Part shown: piece after piece, positions 53,007 to 64,000 of the stretch | Numbering within the stretch: position 1 is the stretch's first letter | Layout: each line of letters opens with the position of its first letter | Translations under genes and position numbers: made by a program | Notes under the pieces: generated by a model | Seen by the model: the letters and a program-made list of their open reading frames with translations, nothing else | Told to the model about the DNA's origin: nothing | Databases searched by the model: none | Assembly (NCBI GenBank): GCA_951406725.2 | Contig: OX597818.1 | Span: forward strand, 134,292,001-134,356,000 | Source of the DNA: Octopus vulgaris | Taxonomy: Eukaryota | DNA: 64,000 bases | Direction of reading: 5' to 3'

Positions 53007-53478
53007 GTGAAATAGAAAGATGAATAATCTTGTAGTAGATTAATCAAAAGTTTAACCGATACCTTCGTAGCAAAAATCACAGCAGTAAACAGCACGGTTG
53101 GAGGTACAACCATATGGTGTTGCAACCGTGCGCTGGTGCGGATAATTGAAATTAAAACATTATTGGTGAATTGAAGAAATGGAGCTGAACGCAGATTGAA
53201 CAGAAATCGTTTTATTTCATTCTACACGTGTTTCGAAAGGCACAAATTACCAAAATCCGATTGAATAATGGGACCATATTGTGTCTTTCTCTTCAGGAAG
53301 AAAATAGGAAATCCGTTGGAAAAACAAAAACAGAACAGAGGCGGAGCAAAAACAAATCGAACTATGCTCCTAAGAGCCCATGGCGAAACTGTTTCCTTTC
53401 GAAACACGTGTAGAATGAAATAAAACGATTTCTGTTCAATCTGCGTTCAGCTCCATTTCTTCAATTCACCAATAATGT

Positions 53479-53479
<1 letters not shown>
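53003..53479. mobile_element. Fold-back PLE-type element inserted in the TA run of a SINE B
   Basis: 85-bp exact inverted arms (53156-53240 / 53395-53479). SINE B is split into 52716-52930 and 53500-53682. Confidence 0.85.
53213..53306 (-). ncRNA. Canonical type I hammerhead ribozyme
   Basis: UAUUUUCUUC-CUGAAGA-GAAAGACAC...GUGCCUUUC-GAAAC(ACGU)GUA/GAAUGAAAUA. All core nucleotides intact, three helices. Confidence 0.85.
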
Positions 53480-53516
<37 letters not shown>

Positions 53517-53681
53517 TACGACAGGCTTCTTTCAGTTTCCGTCTACCAAATCCACTCACAAGGCATTGGTCGGCCCGGGGCTATAGCAAAAGACACTTGC
53601 CCAAGATGCCACGCAGTGGGACTGAACCCGGAACCATGTGGTTGGTTAGCAAGCTACTTACCACACAGCCACTCCTGCGCC

Positions 53682-53866
<185 letters not shown>

Positions 53867-54070
53867 GTGTGTGTATTATAAAATTCGTGGGTAAGGCCGG
53901 AACAATGCGAAATAAATCCAAGGAATGTCACAAGAAAACAGGCGTATGAATTAATGGTAACTTAATGCCTGTTTTCTTGTGATTTGCTTTGGATTTATTT
54001 AGCATTGTTCGGACTTTACCCACGAATTTTATATAAAATATTCCACAAAATGCTTTATACTAACTATACC

Positions 54071-54129
<59 letters not shown>

Positions 54130-54319
54130 ATATATATATAAGGACACATAAAATGTGTCAAAGCCGACAGGAAGCGTTCGATGCTTCCTAGGGCTAAACA
54201 GCGATGAGTAATTCCCATACGGGACTGTCACGTTAAGTTGACAGTATACAACTACTCTATCGCTCCACCACCGCTCATGTCTCTTTGAAACATTTAGAAA
54301 TTTAATATATATATATATA

Positions 54320-54711
54320 TATATATAGTGAAGTTGTGTGTCTGTCTCCTACGATTTAGATTCCTAACTACTCCCACATTTTGCGGTGCAGTTTAACCAA
54401 AACCGGGTATCTTATAGTCGTCATTCATATCGAACTCTTCTGGGTATTAGCGCGCGTCTACGATAAGTCTACGATTAAAAAAAAATTTACCATCATTTAT
54501 TTCCATTTTAATGCATTTTTTTCGCTATTATATAAGGGAAGTAACTCTCTAGAAATGTCTACGATGAGTCAACGATTTAAAAAAAAATTTACCATAATTT
54601 TTTTTCTATTTTTAATGCATTTTTTTTGCTATTTTTTGGCTATAACTCTCTAAAAATGCTTATATAGTTATTTCCCTTACAAACCCAAGCAACGCCGGGC
54701 GATACTGCTAG
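54320..54711 (+). mobile_element. Non-autonomous Helitron
   Basis: Ends GCAACGCCGGGCGATACTGCTAG|T. Confidence 0.8.
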
Positions 54712-55204
54712 TATATATATATAAATTTCATTACTGTAAGTTTCAAATCTACAATCTACGATCGAAATTTGAGTCCGTTTGTAGAACGAAGGATTGTAAG
54801 CATAAAGTGGTAGGATAGAATTCCTGATACATGCCAATACACCCTGTTTCTCGGTTAAGTTCAAGCAAACATAGCTACCTTAGGCTGGCCATGTCAAAAG
54901 GATCGACTTTTGACTGCTAAAAGCAATTTTATAAGTCTAAGTTTGCAAATGGAAGCCGCAGCGTTTGTGTAACTTGTAAAAGCTTTGACGGTGCATACAA
55001 AGCAACCGTGAAGAAGAAGCAAGATTAGTCTAAAGTAGTGGTTCTCAACCAGGGTCCATATAAGATTTTGTGGAGCCTACACAGCAAAATAATAAATTGG
55101 GGATCCGCATTAGTATTTTAAGAGTCCCTGAAAATATTTTGGTTTAGATGTATGTATTGGTATGTATTGCAAGAAACAGCTAGGTTTCTTTCTCTAACAT
55201 TTAA

Positions 55205-55637
55205 CATACATTTGGAAAATGATAGAGCAAAAGGTGCCAAACTTTGGTATCAAAACCTACCACTCACTGCGCCACGGAAGACGCTGCCAGCTACCACTAA
55301 TCAACAAAAAGGCTGGCCAGGCAGCAAAAACCCTGCGAGAATCAAGTCTGTTGGTTCGAGGAGCACAACTATCCAACTCCATTCCGGTACATGTCAGAAA
55401 TCTATCAGGATGCAGTGTGGAATCATTCAAATTGCAGCTGAATAGATACTTAAGCACCATTAGAGATGAACCCCATCTCCCAGGATATACACAACGAGCA
55501 CAAACTGACTCAAACTCGCTCCTACACATGTCAAAATTAAACAGAGAATACAACCTGGCAACCACACCAGACTCTGAGGGTGGAGTCTTCGACTTGGCCT
55601 GAGCATGGACTCAAACTCAAATGAAATGAAATGAAAT
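55205..55637 (+). mobile_element. CR1/L2-like LINE 3' end inserted in a hAT-type MITE (55036-55760)
   Basis: RGAQLSNSIPVHVRN...FKLQLNRYLSTIRDEP, (AAATG)n tail. Host element starts TAGTGGTTCTCAACC. Confidence 0.7.
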
Positions 55638-56000
55638 AGTTCAACCTACATAAGTTAATGTGTGAAAAAAAAAAGAATGGGGGAACTTGAAAGAAGTTTC
55701 TATAAAGCTAGTTTTTAAGCATCGAATGGCTACAGGGATCCACCAGAATAAAATGAATACAAAATACGATCAGAAAAGTGCTAAGGGACTTTTCGAACAC
55801 CCTGTATTATTTATTCACATGTCTTATTTGCTAATAGGAATTACAAAGTTTTTGCATGCAAGATAGACATGTAGGACATTTCCTATTAGAGAAATACTTC
55901 AAATAGAAATTAAAATGACATTATTTAACTTTTCTGTCTGAAGAATTTCTAATAGGTGAATAAATAAATAATACCTATAAGTTTTCCAACTTCCTGTTTG

Positions 56001-56048
<48 letters not shown>

Positions 56049-56099
56049 GTGTGTGTGTGTGTGTGTTTATGTGTGTGTGTGTATGTGTGTGTGTGTGTA

Positions 56100-56130
<31 letters not shown>

Positions 56131-56173
56131 ATGTGTGTGTGTGTGTATATGTGTGTGTGTTTGTGTGTGTGTG

Positions 56174-56204
<31 letters not shown>

Positions 56205-56261
56205 TTGTGTGTGTATATATATGTGTGTGTGTGTATATGTGTGTGTGTTTGTGTGTGTGTG

Positions 56262-56330
<69 letters not shown>

Positions 56331-56430
56331 GTGTTTGTGTGTGTGTATATATATGTGTGTGTGTGCGTGTGTGTGTGTGTATATGTGTGTGTGTTTGTGT
56401 GTGTGTGTATATATATGTGTGTGTGTGTGT

Positions 56431-56461
<31 letters not shown>

Positions 56462-56464
56462 AGT

Positions 56465-56495
<31 letters not shown>

Positions 56496-56503
56496 AGTGT
56501 GTG
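56001..56503. repeat. Compound (GT)n/(AT)n microsatellite
   Basis: Direct inspection. Confidence 0.98.
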
Positions 56504-56504
56504 T

Positions 56505-57480
56505 TTTGTGATTGCTCCATTTTCAGAGATGATTGCTCTCTCTCCTTGTGCTTCCTCGTCGTCAACGACATTTCTGACTTTCTGTCCATGACCTCCCAGA
56601 TGTCTATCCAGGTTTGCTGCAGATGTGCATGGTTCGAGGCTTTGGTAACGAAAGTTCTAATTTGCTATGCGCTTCTAATTGATTAAGCCCACACATGTCA
56701 CCACTCTTCCATCGCCATAGAACTTTCAGCAGGTGGCATGAAAAATGAAGTCACCATAAAGAGACTTCTCCATGATTAGTACCTAGTGACAGACTGAAAC
56801 GTGGTAGCCAATGAAGTGGCACGTTTTACATCAATGTTCGTCTCCCAGAAGGATGCTGTGTCAACATCTAGGGCCCCTCACTCCCAGTGCTTTACTGCGC
56901 GCTCTAAAGATATTTCTGCGACCCCCTTAGATGGATTGTCATGTCATCTGCTCGTTAACTCATAGTTGAGACCCTGACAGGTGCTACTACTTCGGGTCAG
57001 AGTTAACCCGAAAGCAATACTGGCAAAGAAGTGGTCCCACACTCCTCAAAATTCTGAAATTCCCGAACCAAAGCCCCACTACTGGATGCAGTTTAAAGTC
57101 ATGTCCAAGACAGATATATATATATATCAAAGCCAGTCACGCAGAGAACGTACTGAAACCAAGGACTTGTGTGCTGGAACATCGTCCTGAGGAAACAAGA
57201 TCTTTCGTGAGTTTTCATGGCCATTTGGTCTTGACAGCCTTTCATAGTTACTTAAGTAAATAGGCTTAGTATCCTCCATTGGTGATGCGGCCCTTTGAAA
57301 ATTACTATCTAAACGCAATGCCTTTTGTATCCCCCAGAAACTGAGGTCGTTACCTTCTCTGCAGATGAAACGAATTTGGCCTTCTTTGGAGCAGGCGAAG
57401 AAGGGTGTTTACACTGCAGGGAAGTAGCGGTGATTGTCTGTCGCTGGCGATAGCTATGATGTGCTTTTATGCACCAAAAA
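56505..57480 (-). mobile_element. Decayed mariner transposase
   Basis: HPSSPAPKKAKFVSSAEKVTTSV and FPQDDVPAHKS resemble mariner HQDNAPAH. Confidence 0.7.
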
Positions 57481-57769
57481 ATTACTTGAGAGTTTTTCTC
57501 TCTTGGTAAATATGGCTGTATTTGTATGTTCCAAAACAACATCCAATGTTAAGTGGTAAATATCTTACCTTTCAATATTTTAAATTTTCCATTTGCAGAA
57601 ACCATATCCAAAAAGAGTTTAGGATTAGAAGCAGTAGAATTCTGGATAGACACAAACAATTCATGAGAGATTCCCATAAGACTTTATACTTGAAGGATTT
57701 CGGTTAGTACTGTAAAACAACTACTTTTTTGAATGCAAATATAAATTGAAAAACAAAATATCTCATCTA

Positions 57770-58015
57770 CTGCATGCCATGCCCACAATGCAACGAGAAT
57801 TACATTGCAAAAACAGAGACAAAACTAACCAGCCGTATAAGTGTGCACAAGCAGCAAATTAAAGATTTATTTCTTAGAAGTGTTCCATGCAGTAAACATC
57901 TAGACATTTGTGCAAACAGAAAATTTAAAATGTTCCCCTTTTACAAAATAGAGGATGAAACGAAAGGCAAAAGTAGAATACTTTATAAGAATTCTAAATC
58001 CGGAAATAGTCAATG
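57770..58015 (+). pseudogene. PLE GIY-YIG endonuclease remnant
   Basis: CPQCNENYIAKTETKLTSRISVHKQQI..SKHLDIC. Confidence 0.75.
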
Positions 58016-58509
58016 CCATTATTAAAAAGAACTTTCTCTACACGTGTGTTTGAAAAATTGAACAGCGAAAGTGCATACACACAAAATACACAAATTTCTT
58101 TAAATATTGTACTTATTTATTTTTTTATTAAAGTTTCGTTGCGTCTTGCTACCTGTTCAATAGTCGTTGACTCCGTCTGTTATCCGAGTTGTGTGTATTT
58201 TTTGTTTGTTTGTGCACATGTGTGTGGGTCAATGTGCGTACGCATACACATTTGTATGTATGTATGTATGTATGTATGTATGTATGTATGTATGTATGTA
58301 TGTATGTATGTATGTATGTATGTACGTACGTACGTATGTATGTATGCATGTATGTATGTATGTTTATGTATGCATATATGTGTGTGTATGTATATATATA
58401 TATATATGTATGCATGTGTGTACGTTTGTATATATATATTCTTCATATTCATGTGTTCGTGTGTGTGTATGTGTGTGTGTGTTTTGTTGTCGCCTGTTAC
58501 GTTCTTGTT

Positions 58510-58556
<47 letters not shown>

Positions 58557-58601
58557 GCGGCGTACGTACACTTTTTGGTCTCCTACACACACACACACAC
58601 G

Positions 58602-58692
<91 letters not shown>

Positions 58693-59229
58693 TTGTATGC
58701 ATATAAATAAATATTATTATTTCTAAATTTTTCTGAAAGAGATATGTTAGATTTCGTATGGTAACAGATGGCACTAAGACAAAAGGGTAGATTAAGTGCG
58801 TGGGAGGAATTATTCTTCATGTGTTGTATGTTTTGCAAGTGATTATTTCCCTGCCGCATAGTTTCGGTTTCAGTCCCACTGCGGGGCACCTTGGACAAGT
58901 GTCTTCTACTATAGCCTTGAGAGTAGATTTGGCAGACAGAAACTGAAAGAAGCCTGTCGTATATAACACTCACACAAACACAGCCGCACACACGCATATA
59001 TATATATCACCGTAATCACCGTGACACATCGCTGGTCACAATGCGCTTCGCATTGTTTTAGCCTTCAAATGACGTCACCCCGCTGGCTAAGCGAGCAAGC
59101 CAACAGAAGAAAGAGTGAGAGAAAGTTGTGGCGATCGCCCCACCCCTGCTGGAGTCTCAACATTCACAACGCCCGGTCTGGGAATCGAAACCGCGAGTCC
59201 GCTACCCTAACCACTGGGCCATTGTGCCT

Positions 59230-59340
<111 letters not shown>

Positions 59341-59898
59341 TTAATGTATGTATATATGTGTGTGTGTCTTTCTGTATGTGTTTGTCTCCCACTACCGCTT
59401 GACAACCGACGTTGGTTTGTTAACGTCCTCGTAACTTTGTGGTTCGGCAAAACAGACTGATAGAACAAGTACTAGGCTTTAAAAACATACGGACTGGAAT
59501 TTATTTATTCGACTAACCCCTTTATGGCGGTGCTCTAGTATGGCTGCAGTCCAATGATTGAAACAAGTTAAAGAGAAAAAATATTATCTGAGAGTATGTA
59601 CTGGAATGCGTGTGAACACTCAGACACATATTAATTGCATACCGTATACACATAACAAGTAATAAATTGTAGAGTTGCAGAGTGTACGTTTTAAAGTGGC
59701 TTAAAGATAATTGGCTGAATTAATGTTATACGCATTTTATATGAGAATTACATATTGGTAATTGTATATGGATAAATGGGTGTATAGTATTTGTATTGAG
59801 TTTATCAATTAAAATTCATATATATATATATATACATATATATTCATTTTCATTTTATCTAGTTTCAGCTCACGAGTTGTGGTCATGGTGAGGCACCG

Positions 59899-59999
<101 letters not shown>

Positions 60000-61504
60000 G
60001 TAGTGGATCTTGCAAGCATTGAAGTGGATTCGATCCACCATAGCCAAATTTAAATTAACACTGCAGCACAACCTTTTCCACGGTGGAACAATGGTTTTTC
60101 TATGGCAACAGTTTTACATTTTCCAGATGCCTTTAGAGAGGCCGAAATAATGTCTTCACCACTTGACCCTTTCTAACCTCTTATACTTTACCAAAAGCTA
60201 GAATAGAGATAACAAGACCACCAACTAAATCTATTGTTCTCAATGATATGTCTATCCTTCTGGATAGCTATAAAAGCAAGCATACCCCAAGCAAAAATCA
60301 GTTAGTCACCTCGGTGACGACTCAACGAGGTCTGGCTGACCAGCCTTGTCAGAAGGAGAAATGAAGTTTGCTGTCAACCAACGTCCCACACCCCACAACT
60401 TTCACTAGCTCTAATTCTGTTCTCTTACAACATCATTCTATCGCTATCTGTGAATTACTACTAACTATTCGTATACGCTAAACTATGCAAAGAAGCATTC
60501 TACCGCATCTAACTTTCTTTCGCATGCTTTTGGATTTATCACAACCTGCTCGCCGAGTCAATTCCCAACTGCGTGTTGTGTCCTTGAGCATTACGTCGCA
60601 CTCAACTAGAAAAAAAGGAGCTGTACCAGTAATTCAAAGGGCCAGCCTTGTCACATTCTGTGTCACGCGGAATCTCCGTTAACAGTACGCGTGTCTGCGG
60701 AGTACACAGCCACTAGCACGTTGATTTCACGAACAAGCTGTTCTCTTGGCTGGATCAATTGAAACACTCGTCGTCATATCCGACGGAGTGATAAGCACTT
60801 TTTAATAACTTTATATGATATTATATATAGCACATGCATATATATGAATACAATATTTATTCAGACACACGCTTGCACAGACACATAGATACACACACAC
60901 ACACACACACACATATATTGCAGGCATATGTGAGTGCGTGATTATGTAATATCATGACAACTATCCGAAAATGAATTTTAAGATAAGGTCCAGTGATAAT
61001 TATTTGCTCTAGTTCAAAGGTAACGGTAAATAAATACTTTCTTAAAGACTTTATCGTTACAAAGAATTATCGTTACATATATATTAGGTGTATGCCTAAA
61101 CGTGCATATATGCAAGATCATACAAATTTGATAGAATTTTTACCGGTGCCGTAGCGTCCTGCGCGGTTGGGCTCACCTGTTGCACAATTGGCTATTCGTT
61201 ATATATTTGTTTTTTATTGCCCACAAGGGGCTAAACATAGAGGGGACAAAGACAGATAGACGGATTAAGTCGATTACATCGACCCCAGTGCGTTACTGGT
61301 ACTTAATTTATCGACCCCGAAAGGATGAAAAGCAAAGTCGACCTCGGCGGAATTTGAACTCAGAACGTAACGGCAGACGAAATACGGCTACGCATTTCGC
61401 CCGGCGTGCTAACGTTTCTGCCTGCTCGCCTTAGTTATTTATTGTAACTTCAGCCTAGGCTAGTATGTACCCTTATCACCACCGCAGTAAATCAATAACA
61501 GTGT

Positions 61505-61888
61505 GGAGGCGCAATGGCCCAGTGGTTAGGGCAGCGGACTCGCGGTCATAGGATCGCGGTTTCGATTCCCAGACCGGGCGTTGTGAGTGTTTATTGAGCG
61601 AAAACACCTAAAAGCTCCACGTGGCCCCGGCAGGGGATGGTGGTGATCCCTGCTGTACTCTTTCGCCACAACTTTCTCTCACTCTTACTTCCTGTTTCTG
61701 TTGTACATGTATTTCAAAGGGCCGGCCTTGTCACTCTCTGTGTCACGCTGAATATCCCCGAGAACTACGTTAGGGGTACACGTGTCTGTGGAGCGCTCAG
61801 CCACTTACACGTTAATTTCACGAGCAGGCTGTTCCGTTGATTCGGATCAACCGGAACCCTCATCGTCGTAACCGACGGAGTGCTTCCA
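61505..61888 (+). mobile_element. SINE family A, full length
   Basis: TSD TAAATCAATAACA. Confidence 0.92.
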
Positions 61889-62469
61889 TAAATCAATAAC
61901 AACTACGTTACATGTATTTTACATATACTTTACATTTTGCAACTTAGATTATATTTTGCATCTTATATTATGTACAATTTGTTGAATTTTACATAATATA
62001 GCTTGAATACAAGTGCCCAAGCAAGGTCTCCCGCCTAGATGGTAATGTATTCTTTTTTTACACCTAGTCAAGATGACCGCGAAAATGGTCGTGGGCGCTG
62101 CTCTTTTTCTTCTGGTTAAATCATTATAAATGCAATCCACACTGAATTTTTAAAAACTCATTAGATATCACTATATACCAGAATAGGATTGCTTCGATAG
62201 ACTATCGACCAGCGTAGGATGGCTTGAATAAAGAGTGAATACTGAACTTTTCTTCTTAAACTATCAGTGAATTTCCCTCGAGATTTATAATTGCTTGCAG
62301 ACAGTTTTTCGAAATCAGTGACGAAAGTTACTGGAAAAACAATAGATAAGTATTTGCAAACGGTCTCCCTTTATCGAAAACCGGTGATTGCCGTACGCCG
62401 AAGACAGGCAAATACCTAGAAACTGCAGTCCGTGCGTATCACTTAGGTTGGCGAGAGAAGGGGTGACCT

Positions 62470-62930
62470 CCCTTTGCAAATACTATAAGAGCACAGAAAG
62501 TGTGCCTAAAGCCAGCTGGAGACGATGATCTCCTGGGGCTAAAAGCTACAGTAACACCCACCCTTTACAAATACCATAAGGGCACAGAAAGTGAGCCTAA
62601 AGCCAGCTGGAGACGATGATCTCCTGGGGCTAAAAGCTACAGTAACACCCACCCTTTACAAATACCATAAGGGCACAGAAAGTGAGCCTAAAGCCAGCTG
62701 GAGACGATTATCTCCTGGGGCTAAAAGCTACAGTAACACCCACCCTTTACAAATACCATAAGGGCACAGAAAGTGAGCCTAAAGCCAGCTGGAGACGATG
62801 ATCTCCTGGGGCTAAAAGCTACAGTAACACCCACCCTTTACAAATACCATAAGGGCACAGAAAGTGAGCCTAAAGCCAGCTGGAGACGATGATCTCCTGG
62901 GGCTAAAAAGCTACAGTAACACCCACCCTT
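62470..62930. repeat. Tandem array, 5 x 91 bp, near-identical
   Basis: Unit CCCTTTACAAATACCATAAGGGCACAGAAAGTGAGCCTAAAGCCAGCTGGAGACGATGATCTCCTGGGGCTAAAAGCTACAGTAACACCCA, starts at 62470, 62561, 62652, 62743, 62834. Confidence 0.97.
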
Positions 62931-63449
62931 AGTGGTTAGCCATATTGAGATGGCTAGTATACTTTACGTTGTCGTGCAGTTACTGTTTACATCTCGTTCA
63001 GAGATTTATTATTGCTATCAGTGAATTTATTGTAGGAAAAAAAATTACGGAAACCTGTCACTGGATGAGTAGAAAGAAGTTAATTCAATATAAGTGAAGA
63101 CCTAGAAGTCGGCATCGACTCATTGAGTGGGTAGCGACTCAGGGCGGGCCGAGAAGGAAACTAATTAAGTAATTAAAGAAAATAGAGCAGAGGATGATTA
63201 CATGAGAGAGACGGGGTCGGGGGGGGTGAGGATTAATGGGCTGAGAAGGAGTGATGGGGAGAGTCAAAGAAAAGGAAGAAATAGGAGAAAGTGTGAATTA
63301 TATGCTTGAGAAGTAACTTCAAATAAGTATGTTTCGCCTTATTTGCATCTTTATCGAAATCATCCCAATTATTACTTTCTGGTTATATCATCGCCATTTC
63401 CGGAGATGACTGTACATTTAATCTGAATTAAATGTGATATTTTTGTGCA

Positions 63450-63486
<37 letters not shown>

Positions 63487-63489
63487 GTG

Positions 63490-63571
<82 letters not shown>

Positions 63572-63711
63572 GTTCTCAAGCTATTTCTAAACATTTTATT
63601 TTGAATGAAATTTAAACAAAAGCTGTAATCGAATCGGAAAAACTTCAAGATTGAAATCCAGATACGAATCTAAATATAAATATAAATGGGCGAAATATTT
63701 ACAGAGAGAGA

Positions 63712-63786
63712 TGCCGAAGCCCGATAATGAACCAGAGACCTTTAGATTTTTTAAGTCTAGCGATCTCTCAAACGAGATGTTTTACC
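63712..63786 (-). pseudogene. Decayed tRNA-Phe-like pseudogene
   Basis: Minus strand ...GAGAGATCGCTAGACTTAAAAAATCTAAAGGTCTCTGGTTCATTATCGGGCTTCGGCA aligns by eye to metazoan tRNA-Phe (GAGAGCGTTAGACTGAAGATCTAAAGGTCCCTGGTTCGATCCCGGGTTTCGGCA). Anticodon loop and acceptor stem are broken. Confidence 0.7.
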
Positions 63787-64000
63787 CAGATAAGTTGTTA
63801 GATAGTTAGACACTGTCAACAATGCGTCACAACTAGTAACCCATCGACATCGACACATAATATCAACAGAATCAATTCTTTAGTTTTCGTCTAATATTTC
63901 CGCATAAGTTTTCTTTCTTGTGGAATTTCACACTGTCAATCGCCTACATAAACTCTCCAGCAGTTTCCGTTTCTCCACCTTTTCTCATTCCTACGGTCTA

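Noticed and set aside
53342-53395. Extra hammerhead-like CUAAGA-GCC-cau-GGC-GAAAC on the plus strand
   Set aside because: Core lacks G5 and has no properly placed UH cleavage triplet.
54195-54232. GCGATGA-GTA...TAC-GGGAC hammerhead-like string
   Set aside because: Both conserved boxes deviate and helix I is unsupported.
62470-62930. CRISPR-like array
   Set aside because: Units are contiguous and nearly identical, with no unique spacers and no cas genes.

Overview
AT-rich, repeat-dominated animal genomic DNA. The tRNA-derived SINE families and microsatellite load suggest an octopus/coleoid cephalopod (inferred, not searched). One host gene is visible: four phase-compatible plus-strand exons (<1-189, 11234-11334, 12778-12931, 19811-20076) encoding the C-terminal part of a divergent two-Ig-domain protein with a Ser/Thr stalk and a probable GPI signal. 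The rest is nested mobile DNA: Dong/R4-like, RTE and CR1-like LINEs, Penelope-like elements (PLEs), LTR remnants, Helitrons, mariner/hAT/Chapaev-like remnants and at least five SINE-like families. The most notable signal is not in the ORF track. At least six unrelated short families carry type I hammerhead ribozyme motifs (CUGANGA...GAAA...UH, usually with a palindromic minimal helix III), mostly inside fold-back PLE-type insertions. One has a compensatory G3:C8 core, a 13-bp TSD and lies just downstream of the host stop exon. Another sits behind a tRNA-like Pol III head. Almost all ORFs in the supplied track are microsatellite or SINE artefacts.
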